Assembly (NCBI GenBank): GCA_951406725.2
Contig: OX597815.1
Span: forward strand, 46,314,001 to 46,378,000
DNA: 64,000 nucleotides
Reading direction: 5' to 3'
Source of the DNA: Octopus vulgaris
Lineage: Eukaryota
Shown: positions 26,232 through 38,674 of the stretch, one piece after another
Layout of the letters: the number at the start of each line of letters is the position of its first letter
Numbering within the stretch: position 1 is the stretch's first letter
Position numbers and translations under genes: made by a program
Notes under the pieces: generated by a model
What the model was told of the DNA's origin: nothing
Databases searched by the model: none
The model's input: only the letters and a program-made list of their open reading frames with translations

Positions 26232-26682
26232 TAGGCCGCTGGTGGCAAAAGAATTCTACAAAATTTTTTTTTTTGCCACCCTATATTGATTAATTATGAA
26301 TTTTCTGGTTAATTCCGTAATGGAATCGACGGCTTATATTTATTTGCTGCCGATAAATTTGGCGCGAGTGCGACGATTTGAAAATTTTAGGTCAGATATA
26401 AACTTGGCAAGGTCGGAAATGCCTCGTGAAAATATCTGTTCCGACTTGGGCTATTTCTTACTGAAGAATCTGAGGGCCTGTGGAAGATTGGCTTGATTTA
26501 ATTTAATCAGGTTAGTTTACCATTAATCAGCAGATGAAACGGTATATCGTATAAGAAATTACAGGGTAAATGTTTTTTAAATTTTCTCCTGGTTTACAGA
26601 ATTAACTTTTATTTGCGGTTGAAGCTTTGGCTGTTATTTCTAGTGGGTGAATGGCCTATTATGGCCGTTCCTTGATTGTTGT

Positions 26683-26683
<1 letters not shown>
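26232..26683 (+). repeat. Inverted ~450-bp copy of the array unit
   Basis: Reverse complement of the unit from TAGGCCGCTGG to GATTGTTGTT; joined to the array through a TA microhomology; followed by (TA)n. Confidence 0.93.
26453..26559 (+). ncRNA. Type I hammerhead ribozyme in the inverted copy
   Basis: Stem I ATTTCTTA 26453-26460 / TAAGAAAT 26552-26559; CTGAAGA 26461-26467; stem II ATCTG 26468-26472 / CAGAT 26531-26535; GAAA 26536-26539; stem III CGGT..ATCG; GTA cleavage after 26551. Confidence 0.92.
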
Positions 26684-26723
<40 letters not shown>

Positions 26724-26945
26724 CTGTGTGTGTGTCTGTGTACATTTGTGTGTCTGTGGTTGTCGGTTGACAACCGACGCTGGTGTGCTTACGTCCTCGT
26801 AACTTAGCGGTTCGGCAAAACCGACCGATAGCATAAGTACTAATGCTTCAAAGAATAAGTTCTGGGGTCGATTTGTTCGACTAAAGGCTTTGCTCCATCA
26901 TGGCCGCAGTCAAATGACAAACAAATAAAAGAGTAAAAGAGTAAA
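26684..26945 (+). mobile_element. 3' half of the interrupted SINE family B copy
   Basis: (TA)n(TG)n, then TTGACAACCGACGCTGGTGTG... through CATGGCCGCAGTCAAATGAC and (AAAAGAGT)n. Confidence 0.85.
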
Positions 26946-27142
26946 TAAAAACATTAAAGAATCTATATGGTCTGGTTGCTTCTGTTGTCACAAATTCTTT
27001 ATACATTGCTGCTACTGAAGCAATTGTTTGTTGCTGCTGATATCATGGCTGCAGCTGCTACTGCTGCTGCTGATGTTGCTGTCGTTGTTGTTACAATGAT
27101 TTATTTATTGCATCAGTCGCTGCTGTAGTTAGCATTACTGTT

Positions 27143-27560
27143 AAGGTGGTGAGCTGCCAGATACGTTAGCACGCCGGGCGAAATGCTTAGCGATATTTCG
27201 TCTGTCTTTACGTTCTAAGTTCAAATTCCGCCGAGGTCGACTTTGCCTTTCATCCTTTCGGGGTCGATAAATTAAGTACCAGTTACGCACTGGGGTCGAT
27301 GTGAACGACTCAATCCGTTAGTCTGTCCTTGTTTGTCCCCTCTATGTTTAGCCCCTTGTGGGTAATAAAGAAACAGATATTTCGTCTGTCTTTATGTTCT
27401 GAGTTCAAGTTCCGCCGAGGTCGACTTTGCCTTTCATCCTTTCGGGGTCGATTAAATAAGTTCCAGTTACGCACTGGGGTTGATGTAATCGACTTACTCC
27501 GTTGGTCTGTCCTTGTTTGTTCCCTCTTTGTTTAGCCTCCAGTGGGCAATAAAGAAATAA
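27143..27560 (+). mobile_element. SINE family A dimer (tail joined to internal TATTTCG site)
   Basis: Second module restarts at ATATTTCGTCTGTC directly after TAAAGAAACAG. Confidence 0.85.
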
Positions 27561-27934
27561 ACATCTTGCCTATCGCACGGAGTGTTTCGAAAAAGACGGA
27601 AGTTTGTAGCATGTGAATGAACCTGTCTGAGCGGGAACATAAAAGGAAAATAAAGTTTTCAGTGTGAGTATGTAGTTTGTGGGGTCGACCACGTCCTCTA
27701 GTTCGTCTTTGTTAACCATTCGTTTTTGTATTTTTTTTTTACTTCACCAGTATTCATTTTCGTAATTTTTAACGTTTATCATCACAGCTTCTCATTCGAT
27801 CACCGACTCCTTGTCTGTCGGTCCTTGTTTTGTCCTCTCTCCATTTATAACCTGTATGGTGAATAAAAGAAAATAGTTATTATTGCTGTAATTTATTTAT
27901 TTATTTATTACTGTTGTTATTTTAGTTCATTTAT

Positions 27935-28435
27935 CTTTTCTACTTTTTTCAGTGAAAAGACCGCAGCGATGCTGGGGCACCGCCTTGACGAATTTTGGTC
28001 GGACGAATCGACATCTGTACTTATTGATTCTTTTTCTTTTTTAAACCCGGTAACTATTCTATCGTTTTTTATTTGCCGAACCGCTAGGTTACGGGGATGG
28101 AAACACACCAACATCAGTTGTCAAGCGGTGGTTGGGACAAACACACACACACATGATTTAAAAGATCCTACCACTTTGTGCTATTTAGACATGGCCTGGG
28201 TCGATCTTTGGCCGAAACATAGCTATGTTATTTATATGTATGCATGTATGTATGTACTTATGTATATATGTACGATGGGCTTTTTTTTTTACAGTTTTGT
28301 CTACCAAATCCACTCATAAAGCGTTAGTCAGCCCGAGGCAATCGTAAAGACACTCGCTCAAGGAGCGATGCAATGGGACCGAACCCGAGACCATGTGATA
28401 AGCGAGCAAATATTTTACCACACGGTCACGCCTAT
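27935..28435 (-). mobile_element. SINE family B, diverged
   Basis: Homology in head and tail, with an extra internal insert. Confidence 0.7.
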
Positions 28436-29145
28436 TCTTGTTTATGTTGTTACTGTTTCTACCATTGTATTTTTTTTTATTACTCAAGTTGAAGGCGCAG
28501 CTATCGCTTTATTTTTTTTATTGCTGTTATTATTTTTATCGTAGTTGTATTTGTTGTTGTTGTTGCTGCTGCTACTGTTGCGGTTGCTATTTTGGTTTTT
28601 GTTGTTGCTGTTGCTGTTGTTTTTTTTTTGGGTTTTTCTTTTTTGCTGCTACTTTTACTATTTCCAAAATGAACAAATTACAATGGTTTTGGTTCGAGAC
28701 AGACATACAACAATAAATCAATCACCTAATTCACGAGAATGGCTATATGAAGTGTAAGAACAGAGAGGAGGTGGTGGAAAAAGAAAGAGAGAAAGAAGAG
28801 AAAGACATAAAGAGATAAAGAGCAAACGAAAATCGAGTTAGATAGACAGAGAGAACTAGTGAAAAGAAAAAGGTGAGAGCTATTCAATGAGTAAAAAAGA
28901 TAAAGAAAGTTAATGAAATCACGCATCTTACCCGCTCTCTTTCTATAAATATATCTGTGTATGCATGAACGTGTATGTAGGTATGTGTGTGAGGGTTTGT
29001 ATCTCAGTATACAAATATGTGTGTATATGTGTATATATGTGTGTGTGTGTATATATATATAAATATATATATATATTATATATATATATAATATATATAT
29101 ATATACATATATATACATATACATACATATGTATATATATGTATG

Positions 29146-29185
<40 letters not shown>

Positions 29186-29198
29186 CATAAATATATAC

Positions 29199-29238
<40 letters not shown>

Positions 29239-29436
29239 ACATATATATACATACATATGTATATATATGTATGTACATATGTATATGTACATATACATAT
29301 GTATATATATGTATGTATGTATATATATATGTATGTATGTATATATATATATATATATACATACATAAATATATACATACATATATATACATATATGTAT
29401 ATATATACATATATATACATATATGTATATATATAC

Positions 29437-29502
<66 letters not shown>

Positions 29503-29764
29503 GTGTATGTATGTATGTATATATATATATATATGAAGTGAGACAGTGAAAGAATGAGAGAGAGGGGAGAAAGAGACGAAATGATAGCCGCCAGAGAGCC
29601 AGGGTGTGTGAGAGAGTGAGAGAAATGATAGTAAATGATTCAAAGGGTAGAGAGTAAACGCGTTGTTAGTTGAATAATAGCAAATAACCAAAAAAGTATT
29701 GATAGTGAATGGTCTACATTTCGTTTGTATTTCCCTTGTGCGAGGAAAGATCTCTCACTTTCTC

Positions 29765-29808
<44 letters not shown>

Positions 29809-29891
29809 CATTCAAGGTGTGTAGTTATGTCTGTGTGAGTGTGTGTGTGTGTGTGTGAGTGTGTGAGCGTTCTTTTAAATTATATAAAATA

Positions 29892-30054
29892 GGCGCAGGT
29901 CTGGCTGTGTGGTAAGAAGCTTGTTTACCAACCACTTGGTTCTGGGTTCAGTCCCACTGCGTAGAACCTCGAACAGGTGTCTTTTACTATAGCCTCGGGT
30001 CGAATAAAGCTTTGTGAGTGGATTTGGTAGACGGAAACTGAAAGAAGCCCGTTG

Positions 30055-30097
<43 letters not shown>

Positions 30098-30310
30098 CGT
30101 ATGTATGTATTTATGTGTGTGTTTATGTGTGTGTTTTTGCCCTCCACCAATCCTTGATAACCGATGGCGGTGTGTTTGCGTCCCTCTAACTTAGCACTTC
30201 GGCAAAAACCCCGATAGAATAAATATTAGGCTTACAGAGAATAAGTTCTGGTGTCGAGGTTTTCGACTAAAGACCCTTTAAGGCGATGCTCCAGCGTGGC
30301 CGCAGTCACG
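29892..30310 (+). mobile_element. SINE family B
   Basis: Complete head, microsatellite and tail. Confidence 0.85.
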
Positions 30311-30335
30311 CACACACACACATATATATATATAT

Positions 30336-30388
<53 letters not shown>

Positions 30389-30438
30389 CATACATACATA
30401 TATTTATACATACATACATACATACATACATCCATACA

Positions 30439-30481
<43 letters not shown>

Positions 30482-30649
30482 TGATTTGGTCATCTTATAA
30501 TTGGCCGTAGTTTATATATTTGGTAAAAAAAAAAGACCATCTCGAAATACAACAATATATATGTATGTATGTATGCATGTGTGTATGTATGTATTTATGT
30601 ATGTATGTGTGCATGTGTATGTATATGTACATGCAGTGGGTGAGAGAAA

Positions 30650-30684
<35 letters not shown>

Positions 30685-30999
30685 AGATAGTAAGAAAGAA
30701 AGAAAGAAAGAAGCAAAGAAAGAAAGAGAGTCACTAAACTATATAATTATTTTTTATATCACTGGCCGAAAATGTATAAAACCTATTCGTTAGTAAAAAT
30801 AAAACAGCAATTTTTTTTTCTTCTTTATATTTCCTTGTTTTTGCCTAAAAGATTGGTGAGTTGGAAGGAGCAGTGAGATATTAATGGAGGACAACAGGAA
30901 AGGAAGAATCAGAGGGAAAGTGGAATAGAGACAGAGAAGGAGATGTGCACATGAAAAGAGAGTGGTGGATATATAAGATATACAGTATATCATTTCTAC

Positions 31000-31766
31000 T
31001 ATAGATATAAGATTCGAAATTTAGAGGAGGAAGGGCTATTGGCACTTATTTCATTACTTCGGAAAGATGAAAGTGAAGGTCGGCCTCGACGGAATGTGAA
31101 CTCAGAACGTTAAAACGGATGAAATGCTGCTAAGCATTTTGTCCAGCGTGCTGACGATTCTGCCAGCTCGCCGCCTTGTGTATGCGTGTGTGTGTGTGTG
31201 GTTGTAGGTTATATATATATATATATATATATATTTTCTTTTCTACTCTAGGCACAAGGCCCAGAATTGTTGGGGAGGGGGCCAGTCGATTAGATTGACC
31301 CCATTACGCAACTGGTACTTAATTTATCGTCCCCGAAAGGACGAAAGGCAAAGTCGAATTCGGCAGAATTTGAACTCAGAACATAACGGCAGACGAAATA
31401 CAAAGGGGCTAAACACAGAGGGGACAAACAAGGACAGACAAACGACCCCATTGCGTAACTGGTACTCATTTAATCGATCCCGAAAGGATGAAAGGCAAAG
31501 TCGACCTCGGTGGAATTTGAACTCAGAACGTAACGGCAGACGAAATACGTATTTCTTTATTACCCACAGGGGGCTAAACACAGAGAAGACAAACGAGGAC
31601 AGACAAACGGATTAAGTCAATTACATCGACCCCAGTGCGTAACTGGTACTTAATTTATTGACTCCGAAAAGATGAAAGGCAAAGTCGACCTCGGCGGAAT
31701 TTGAACTCAGAACGTAGTGGCAGACGAAATACGGCTACGCATTTCGCCCGGCGTGCTAACGTTTCT
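31000..31766 (-). mobile_element. SINE family A cluster including a multimer (31234-31766)
   Basis: Three repeated central-domain modules joined at GACGAAATAC. Confidence 0.8.
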
Positions 31767-32884
31767 ATATTAGAGAACTTAACCACGGAGGTTATGAAAT
31801 AGAGTGTTGTACTTACATACAGAGAGATGGAGAGAGAGAGGGGGGAGAGCGAGAGAGAGCGAGCGAGAGAGAAAGAGAGAGAAGGGGTAGCAGTGAATGA
31901 TGTTCGTGTTAATTTTTACAACTCCTTCCTATTAGCTGCATTAATAGGTCGAATAATAATTTATTTGACGTTAACTTTTGTTAACTTATTTTGCATTGTT
32001 ACAGCAAAATTTTGAAGTGTTTCATATAGAAGTGTCATTTATTTTCTCGATGAGAAAGAAGAGCAGTATTTTTTCTGTACAAAAAAATAAATAAATAAAA
32101 TAGAGTCACTACTGTTTAAAATATCGGATTCCGAAGGCTGTTTTGAAAATAGCTGCTGATATATGTATAGCTATAGCAAAAACTATTTGTCGCAACTTAC
32201 TTCTTGAACGATCTCCATTGCGGATATTAATTCTGGTCGGGTTGACTTCTGTTGTTTCACGTTCAGAAAGACCGCACTTGTAAACCTCACCGCTGGACAA
32301 CCTGTGTTGGTTTGTTTACGTTTATCAAACTTACCGGTTCGGCAAAATAAGAATAAGTAGTAGACTTAAGAAATTTTACTAGGGTCAATTTGTTCGTCTA
32401 AGCCCTTCAAAGCGGTTCACCAACATGACCGTATTCCAATGACTGAGATCAGTAAAAGATAAAGATAACGGACGAAAGAAGATATCTTTCCTTATAGTAA
32501 CCGCAGAGGACTTCGAAAAATGTTCTGAATATGTTACCTTTCTCTTACGATACTTGAAAAATATTCTTTAATCCAAGCATATGAGTTCCATAATGGAACT
32601 CATATGCTAAATTAATAATTTCTTACATGGTTGCAATGACGGGTATTTGTTTAGAAGGCAACAGTTGATTATATTAGCTCTTTCTACCTAAGTACAAGCT
32701 CTGAAATTTGGTGTTGGCTACTAGTCGATTAGATCGGTGGCAGTGCTCAACTGTTACTTAATTTAAACTCAGAACGTAAAGACTGAAGAAATGTTGCTAA
32801 ACATTTAGTCTTGCTCCTTAATATTCTGTCAGCTCACCAAATTTTTATTTAAATTAAATAAATCCCCGTAAAAAAATGTAAAGA

Positions 32885-33200
32885 TCCCCTTCGGTGATTA
32901 ATGACTATGGGATTGCACTTAGAAAGTTACCCTCCGAGGCACAAGTCCGGGCAAGGTTGTTAATGGAAAATCAACAGTCGCCCATGCATATGAGGTTCCC
33001 CTCTTCGTGCCACCTCTATTATCGAAGGAAAAGGCAAAAGCCGATAGATTGGCACCAGTGATGTCGCAAAGCATTTCTACAGCTGAATGAACTGAAATAA
33101 AGTGAAATAAAGTGTCTTGCTCAAGGACGAAACCCGATCCGGGAATCGAACTCACTGCTGCATGATTTTGAGCCCGATTTTGTAACCACTGAGCCAGGCG
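32885..33200 (-). mobile_element. tRNA-derived SINE (family D tail)
   Basis: Reverse complement matches 54140-54472. Confidence 0.75.
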
Positions 33201-35336
33201 CCTTTCCCGTACTTGACAAGTATTTATATAATCGACCCCGAAATGCAAAATCGAACCCGATCGGTTTTGAATCCAAAACGTAAAATGCTGGAGCAAATAC
33301 AGCAAACCATTTAGCCTGGTGCTTTACCATTTCTGCCACCTCCACTACCAAATCTACCTCTAATCCCAACCCCACCTCACCCTACGGTTAACCAGTTCAT
33401 AATGATTGCAGATTATTCAATAATCGAAAACCATACTAAATTCTATCAAATTAAAACAAACAAATGTATTTTTTGCAAGAGTCTTCATGTGAAATCGTGT
33501 GTTGAAACAGATATTGTTATATTTCAGGATGGCCATTTTTTTGTCTTTGACACACCACAGAAAGACACAATGGACTAAACCAGACAGAAGGAGACACGTA
33601 TGATGGAGAGTCGCTGAAGAGGTCACGGGGTGTGTGGCGAAAGACTTCAGACAAAGGACTCTAAAATAAGAATAATAATAAAGCTGTAGTGAAGAACGAG
33701 TATATAGTGCATGTGTTTATTTGGAAAAAAAGATGACCTTTCCGAAATATAACAATAAGATAAAGTATTTTTAATATATTTTTTCAAACATAAAAATTCG
33801 GGCATATTTATTTTTATCCTAAGTCCCTCTGAAATGCTTAGATTCTTCATTACATCTGTAGTTTTAATATCCACTTACTGTTTGTGTTTCACCTCGTTTC
33901 AGCCTTAGGCAAGTAAACCTATAATGAAAGGTTTTACAGTCTTGCCCATCTCGTCTTTTTTCTTTCAATCACAATATATAATGACCTCATTATCCAATGT
34001 GCCCTTTCATTTATAAGACAGCAAGGGTGTTATTTGAGGGAGATTTGCTTACTATTTCTAACATGTTTACATCGTAGAGGTACCCTTGTTAGTTTTAAGC
34101 CTCATTTGTTTTCTATGGAGCCGTAATTTCTAGGTCTGTGGAGCAAGTGCTTGTTTTCATACTAAGTAGGCTAATGCAAACTGTTTTGTTGGAGAGCGTT
34201 CTACAATAAAAACACAACACAATAATTTCTTTATAAACAGATGTACATATGGTGTGTGTGTGTGTGAGGGGGTGGGTGGATGTGTTGATGTGCATGAAAG
34301 GAAATTATTTGTAGTTTTATAATTTTATCCCGCTAGATTTAGTGTAACGAGTAAACTTATCTGTATATATGTCATTCATATAACTAATGCATTATGTTTC
34401 TTTTAAGTTGTTTATTTGTGGTAAGATGCAATTGTTATAGGCTCCACTGTGAAAAAAAGACTTCATCAATGATTTTAAATTTGATTAAGACAATAAGGTG
34501 GTAAGTTTGCAAAATCGGTTGAGAATCGGATAAAATACACTGCAAGATTTTGTAAAGATAGTTTACGTTTTCAGTTTAAAACATTCGGAAATCAACTTTG
34601 CATTTCATCCTTCGGGATTCAGTGTAATGTACCCTCATGGGGGCCTTCTGCAATTGTTGGTGATATATTAAGACAGTATTAGTACACAATACATATAACC
34701 ATTTTTTTTTTAGCACGTATAAACTCCTTATTTATTTATTCAATATTCTATTACGAAAGGAAATTCGGCCGAGGTCGTCTTTGCATTTCATCCTTTTGGA
34801 TTTGATAAAATAAGTATCAGTTGAGCACTAGGGCCAATACAATCGACTTATTCCTGATCCAACCTTCCTGGCCTAGTGCCAAAATTTGAAATCAGTTCTC
34901 TATTACGAAAGACTTTAAGGGCGTTTAACGGTTCCAGTAGAGCAACGCTTTTAACGCGGTATCGTATACTGAATGTAATACAAATTACTCCTCGAAGTTA
35001 TGGTCAGAAGTTTCTAATTTAAATCCCACATGAACTGAAGCTGTTCTGACATTTCGGCTCAAATCATAACAAGCAAGCCCAACAACAATAATTCGCTTTT
35101 AACATCTATGTGAGCATTTACCAACACACAGAAAACCAATTGTTTTGGTAAATAGAACATAAGAATAGAAACTTCACCGCGCTAACTTTAACCTGGGGTT
35201 CGCCATCCACAGAATTTACACAAACGCTGGCAGCAAATAGAGTTAATGTAGATAATTACAATAATTTTATTGAATGTATGTACATCTATGGTTGTATATA
35301 TCTTGTGTGAGTACATGCACCTGAATTTATATACCA

Positions 35337-35414
<78 letters not shown>

Positions 35415-35853
35415 CTGTATTTGTGTGTCTGTTGGCCGCCCCACCATCGCTTGACAACAGATGTTAGTATGTTTACGTCGGCAAAAGAGACCGATAGAAT
35501 AAATACTAAGCCTGCAAAGAAATAGTCCTGGGGTCGATTTGTTCGATTAAAGGCGGAGCTTCAGCATGGCCGCAGTCAAATGAGTGAAACAAATAAAAGA
35601 ATAAAAAGTAAAAGAATATGTGTGTGTGTGTTGTGAAATCAAACTGATTCCACTGAAACGGGAAAGTTAATTAAACATGCATGGAACACCTCGAGTCAGG
35701 TAAATGGATCAGAATCAGTTTCGGCGCGTGTCATGTTCGAACCTTAATCTCATCCTACTGTTTCTCTGAGATACTGTAGTCCTTATTATCCCTAAGAGAC
35801 AATATCATTATGAATGAAATACTGCTGAGCATAGGAGGAGATCATGACACATA

Positions 35854-35885
<32 letters not shown>

Positions 35886-36039
35886 CACATTCACATAGAC
35901 ACACAAACACAAACACACAAACACATACACACACATGTATGTACATATGGAGACATGTGGCATGATTAGAGTGTTGGACTTATCGTAAGACTGTGGTTTG
36001 GATCCCTGGATCGGACGATGCGTTATGGTAGTAGGGGAA

Positions 36040-37400
36040 TGATCATTCTTGTATGCTTAGAGTGATAAGATATGAACAGAAAATATTTCTTTGAATCCGT
36101 TGGTTTATAGTCGATATCTATTCCGATATCTCAAGTTGTTTTAATCAGTAAACTATTTAAAATTAACTATTCTGGTTGAATCCATAGTGGTTTTAATGTT
36201 ATGGTTTATGCCAATAATAAGATTTTCAAATTCTATAAGCTTATCAAATTATGCTGCCTTAAAAATAAAACAGTTACCTAGATATCCTTTTAAGTTGTCT
36301 TTTAAATGGGTAAGATGTAGAGTTAAATATTTGTAGTGTTCATTCTAAAATTTACTTCATTGTATCCCTTCACTAAATGGCATAAGTTGGTGCAACTTTA
36401 GTGATCATCACTGTCCTTGTTATTTGTCGGTAGGCTGAGTCATTGAAAATGAAATAGTTTGTGTTTTAATATGAGTCCTAGTCCTTCAACACTGAAGTTT
36501 TCTTTCAATGTGTTCTGGCTGCTCAGATTAGTAGTTATCAAGCCACTATTTAATCTCAGTGATTCGTTAATCGTAAGGAATCTTAGTAAGTTCACAATGT
36601 CAAAAAGGTAGCAATAACTGTTTTTTGTCTCTATTTTTGTAACTAGATCTTCTCGAATAAAATTCTGTATATGTTTTAATTTTGTTTAAAGTATTTAAAA
36701 AAAAGATTATTTCATCTGTGTGTTTCACACGCAGGCTTCCTATAATTGGCCATTGTTTCAAATTATCTGGAAATGGTTTTTCTATATATTTTGATTTTAG
36801 AGTTTATAGAAACGTCACTTATAGATTTATTTTTCTGTATTTTTTCTTAGGCCATTGAAATTTCTGGATACACGTTTGAAGTTACTGATATACTTAAAAT
36901 CCTTAACAATCTCATACGTACAATATCTAGTCAATAAAATTTAGTAGATTTCTCCAGCCTATTCATTGTTCATAATTGTTTATTTTTCACAGTAATTATT
37001 CGTTTCTAATATATTTAAGTTCGGTTTCTTTATAAAAATTTGTATTCATGAAAACAATAACACTAATTTATTAGCTTCTTTCATTGTAATCTCAAAGTCT
37101 TTCGTTTTTTTTTTTTTTGTAGTTTTTACAATCTTGTTTTGAGAAATTTGGTTTTATACAACTATATTTAATCAACTCAATTTACACGATGTACCCAGAG
37201 TATATCAAGGGCTTTTTGTTGGACAAATATCCTTTTAATCACTTCCTTCGAAAAAAAAATATTCTATTGTTGGAGCAGTTTTTTTAATTTGGGGGAAGTT
37301 AGATATTGGAAGTAGATGTAAATTTCAGTCCTTTAATTAATATATTCACTTCAATACCGGTTAATGTTTTCCTTAGTAGATTAATAACATTCGGACTCTC
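36040..37400 (-). pseudogene. Decayed Penelope-like element reverse-transcriptase ORF
   Basis: Minus-strand fragments VINLLRKTLTGIEVNILIKGLKFTST, FDIVNL, YRQITRTVMITKVAPTYA (cf. YxQxxGxAMGxxxAPxYA) and IDYKPTDSKKYFLFISYH (cf. YRKPTDxxxYLxxxSxHP), in PLE order; many stops and frameshifts. Confidence 0.7.
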
Positions 37401-38490
37401 ATGTATGTATGTGTATGTATGTATGTATGTATGCATGTATGTATGTATGTATGTATGTATATGTATGTATGTATGTATGCATGTATGTATGCATACATGT
37501 ATGTATGCATACATGCATGCATGTATGTATGCATACATGTATGTATGCATGTATATATGTATGTATGCATTTCAAAATAACCTCGCATTGTGAGCCAGAG
37601 ATCTGGTTCTTGCTTATTTCCGGACTACCTGATTTTGTAGGTGATAGCCTTATCCCTGTTGTGCAAGTAGTTACTGACTTTATATTGCAGCACGGGCATT
37701 GCTGGCAACCATTGTCTTTAACATCTAGGATAAGAGATGTCAGTTATGGTCATATACGTCAACGAGTTGACAGCCACCATCTATGTATGTATGTATGTCA
37801 TTATTGTGAAGGCGTGTGGCTTAAGCAAAATACTTTATTTCACGTTGTTCCAGTCCACTCAGCTGGCAAAAATGAGTAGTACCCGTATTTGAAGGGGCCA
37901 GCCGTGTCACACTCTGAATCCCTCTGGGAAGTATGTGAAGGGGTACGCGTATCTGTGGAGTGCTCGACCACTTACATATCAATTCCATGAGCAAGCTGTT
38001 CTGTTGGTTGGATGAGCTGGAACACTCGTCACCGTAAGCGACGGAATGCCAGTCGGATAACATTATTCGGTTTTATTCCAAGATTTCTTGCCAATAGAGA
38101 AAGAGCTGGTTTCTAACCTAGATCCAAGGTTCCTTCATTGGAATTTCAACAACATCAACAGGACATGTTTGTATGTATGTATGTATGTATGTATGTATGT
38201 ATGTATGTATGTATGTATGTATGTATGTATGCTTGTATGTACGTATGTATGTATACGTGCAGATTTGTATATTTTGTTTTATGTACGCATGTATGTATGT
38301 GCGTGTGTGTATATGTATGTATGTTATCTTTCTCTTAAATCTTAGAGTAGATTTTGGTTGGCCACCTACTTGGTAGCAAGATTGTGAGGGAAAGTATTTT
38401 CTTTTGACCATCATCCTTTAAATCTTAATATCTTACAGTTTTTTTAATCCCAAATATCGAGTTCATTTGTAACATATGAGTTAAGGAGTC

Positions 38491-38521
<31 letters not shown>

Positions 38522-38674
38522 TGTATGGTATGTATGTATGTATGTAAGCATGCATGCATAGATAAAAATGAGACTACATAGTCAGGGTACAAGAGATGCA
38601 AGTTGCGCACTAATTCACCTTAAATGTTAAATTTTTTCCTAGACTATGTATGTATGCATGCATGTATGTATGTA

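Larger units (their letters stand above)
23507..26233 (-). repeat. Tandem array of ~492-bp hammerhead-containing units (about 5.5 copies); putative non-LTR retrozyme
   Basis: Unit periods 491-493 bp; units differ only in an A-run length and two single substitutions; each complete unit carries a type I hammerhead on the minus strand. Confidence 0.93.

Noticed and set aside
23507-26233. CRISPR-like array
   Set aside because: Units are identical over their whole length with no variable spacers; eukaryotic context.
23799-26496. Repeated 66-aa ORF MNFLVNSVMESTAY... in each array unit
   Set aside because: No recognisable domain; identity across copies only reflects recent duplication; it overlaps and stops inside the ribozyme. 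Translation from the circle cannot be excluded but is unsupported.
28726-29691. 321-aa ORF and the many other YI/CV/HT/MYVC-rich ORFs
   Set aside because: Translations of (TA)n, (TG)n and (TATG)n microsatellites that lack stop codons.
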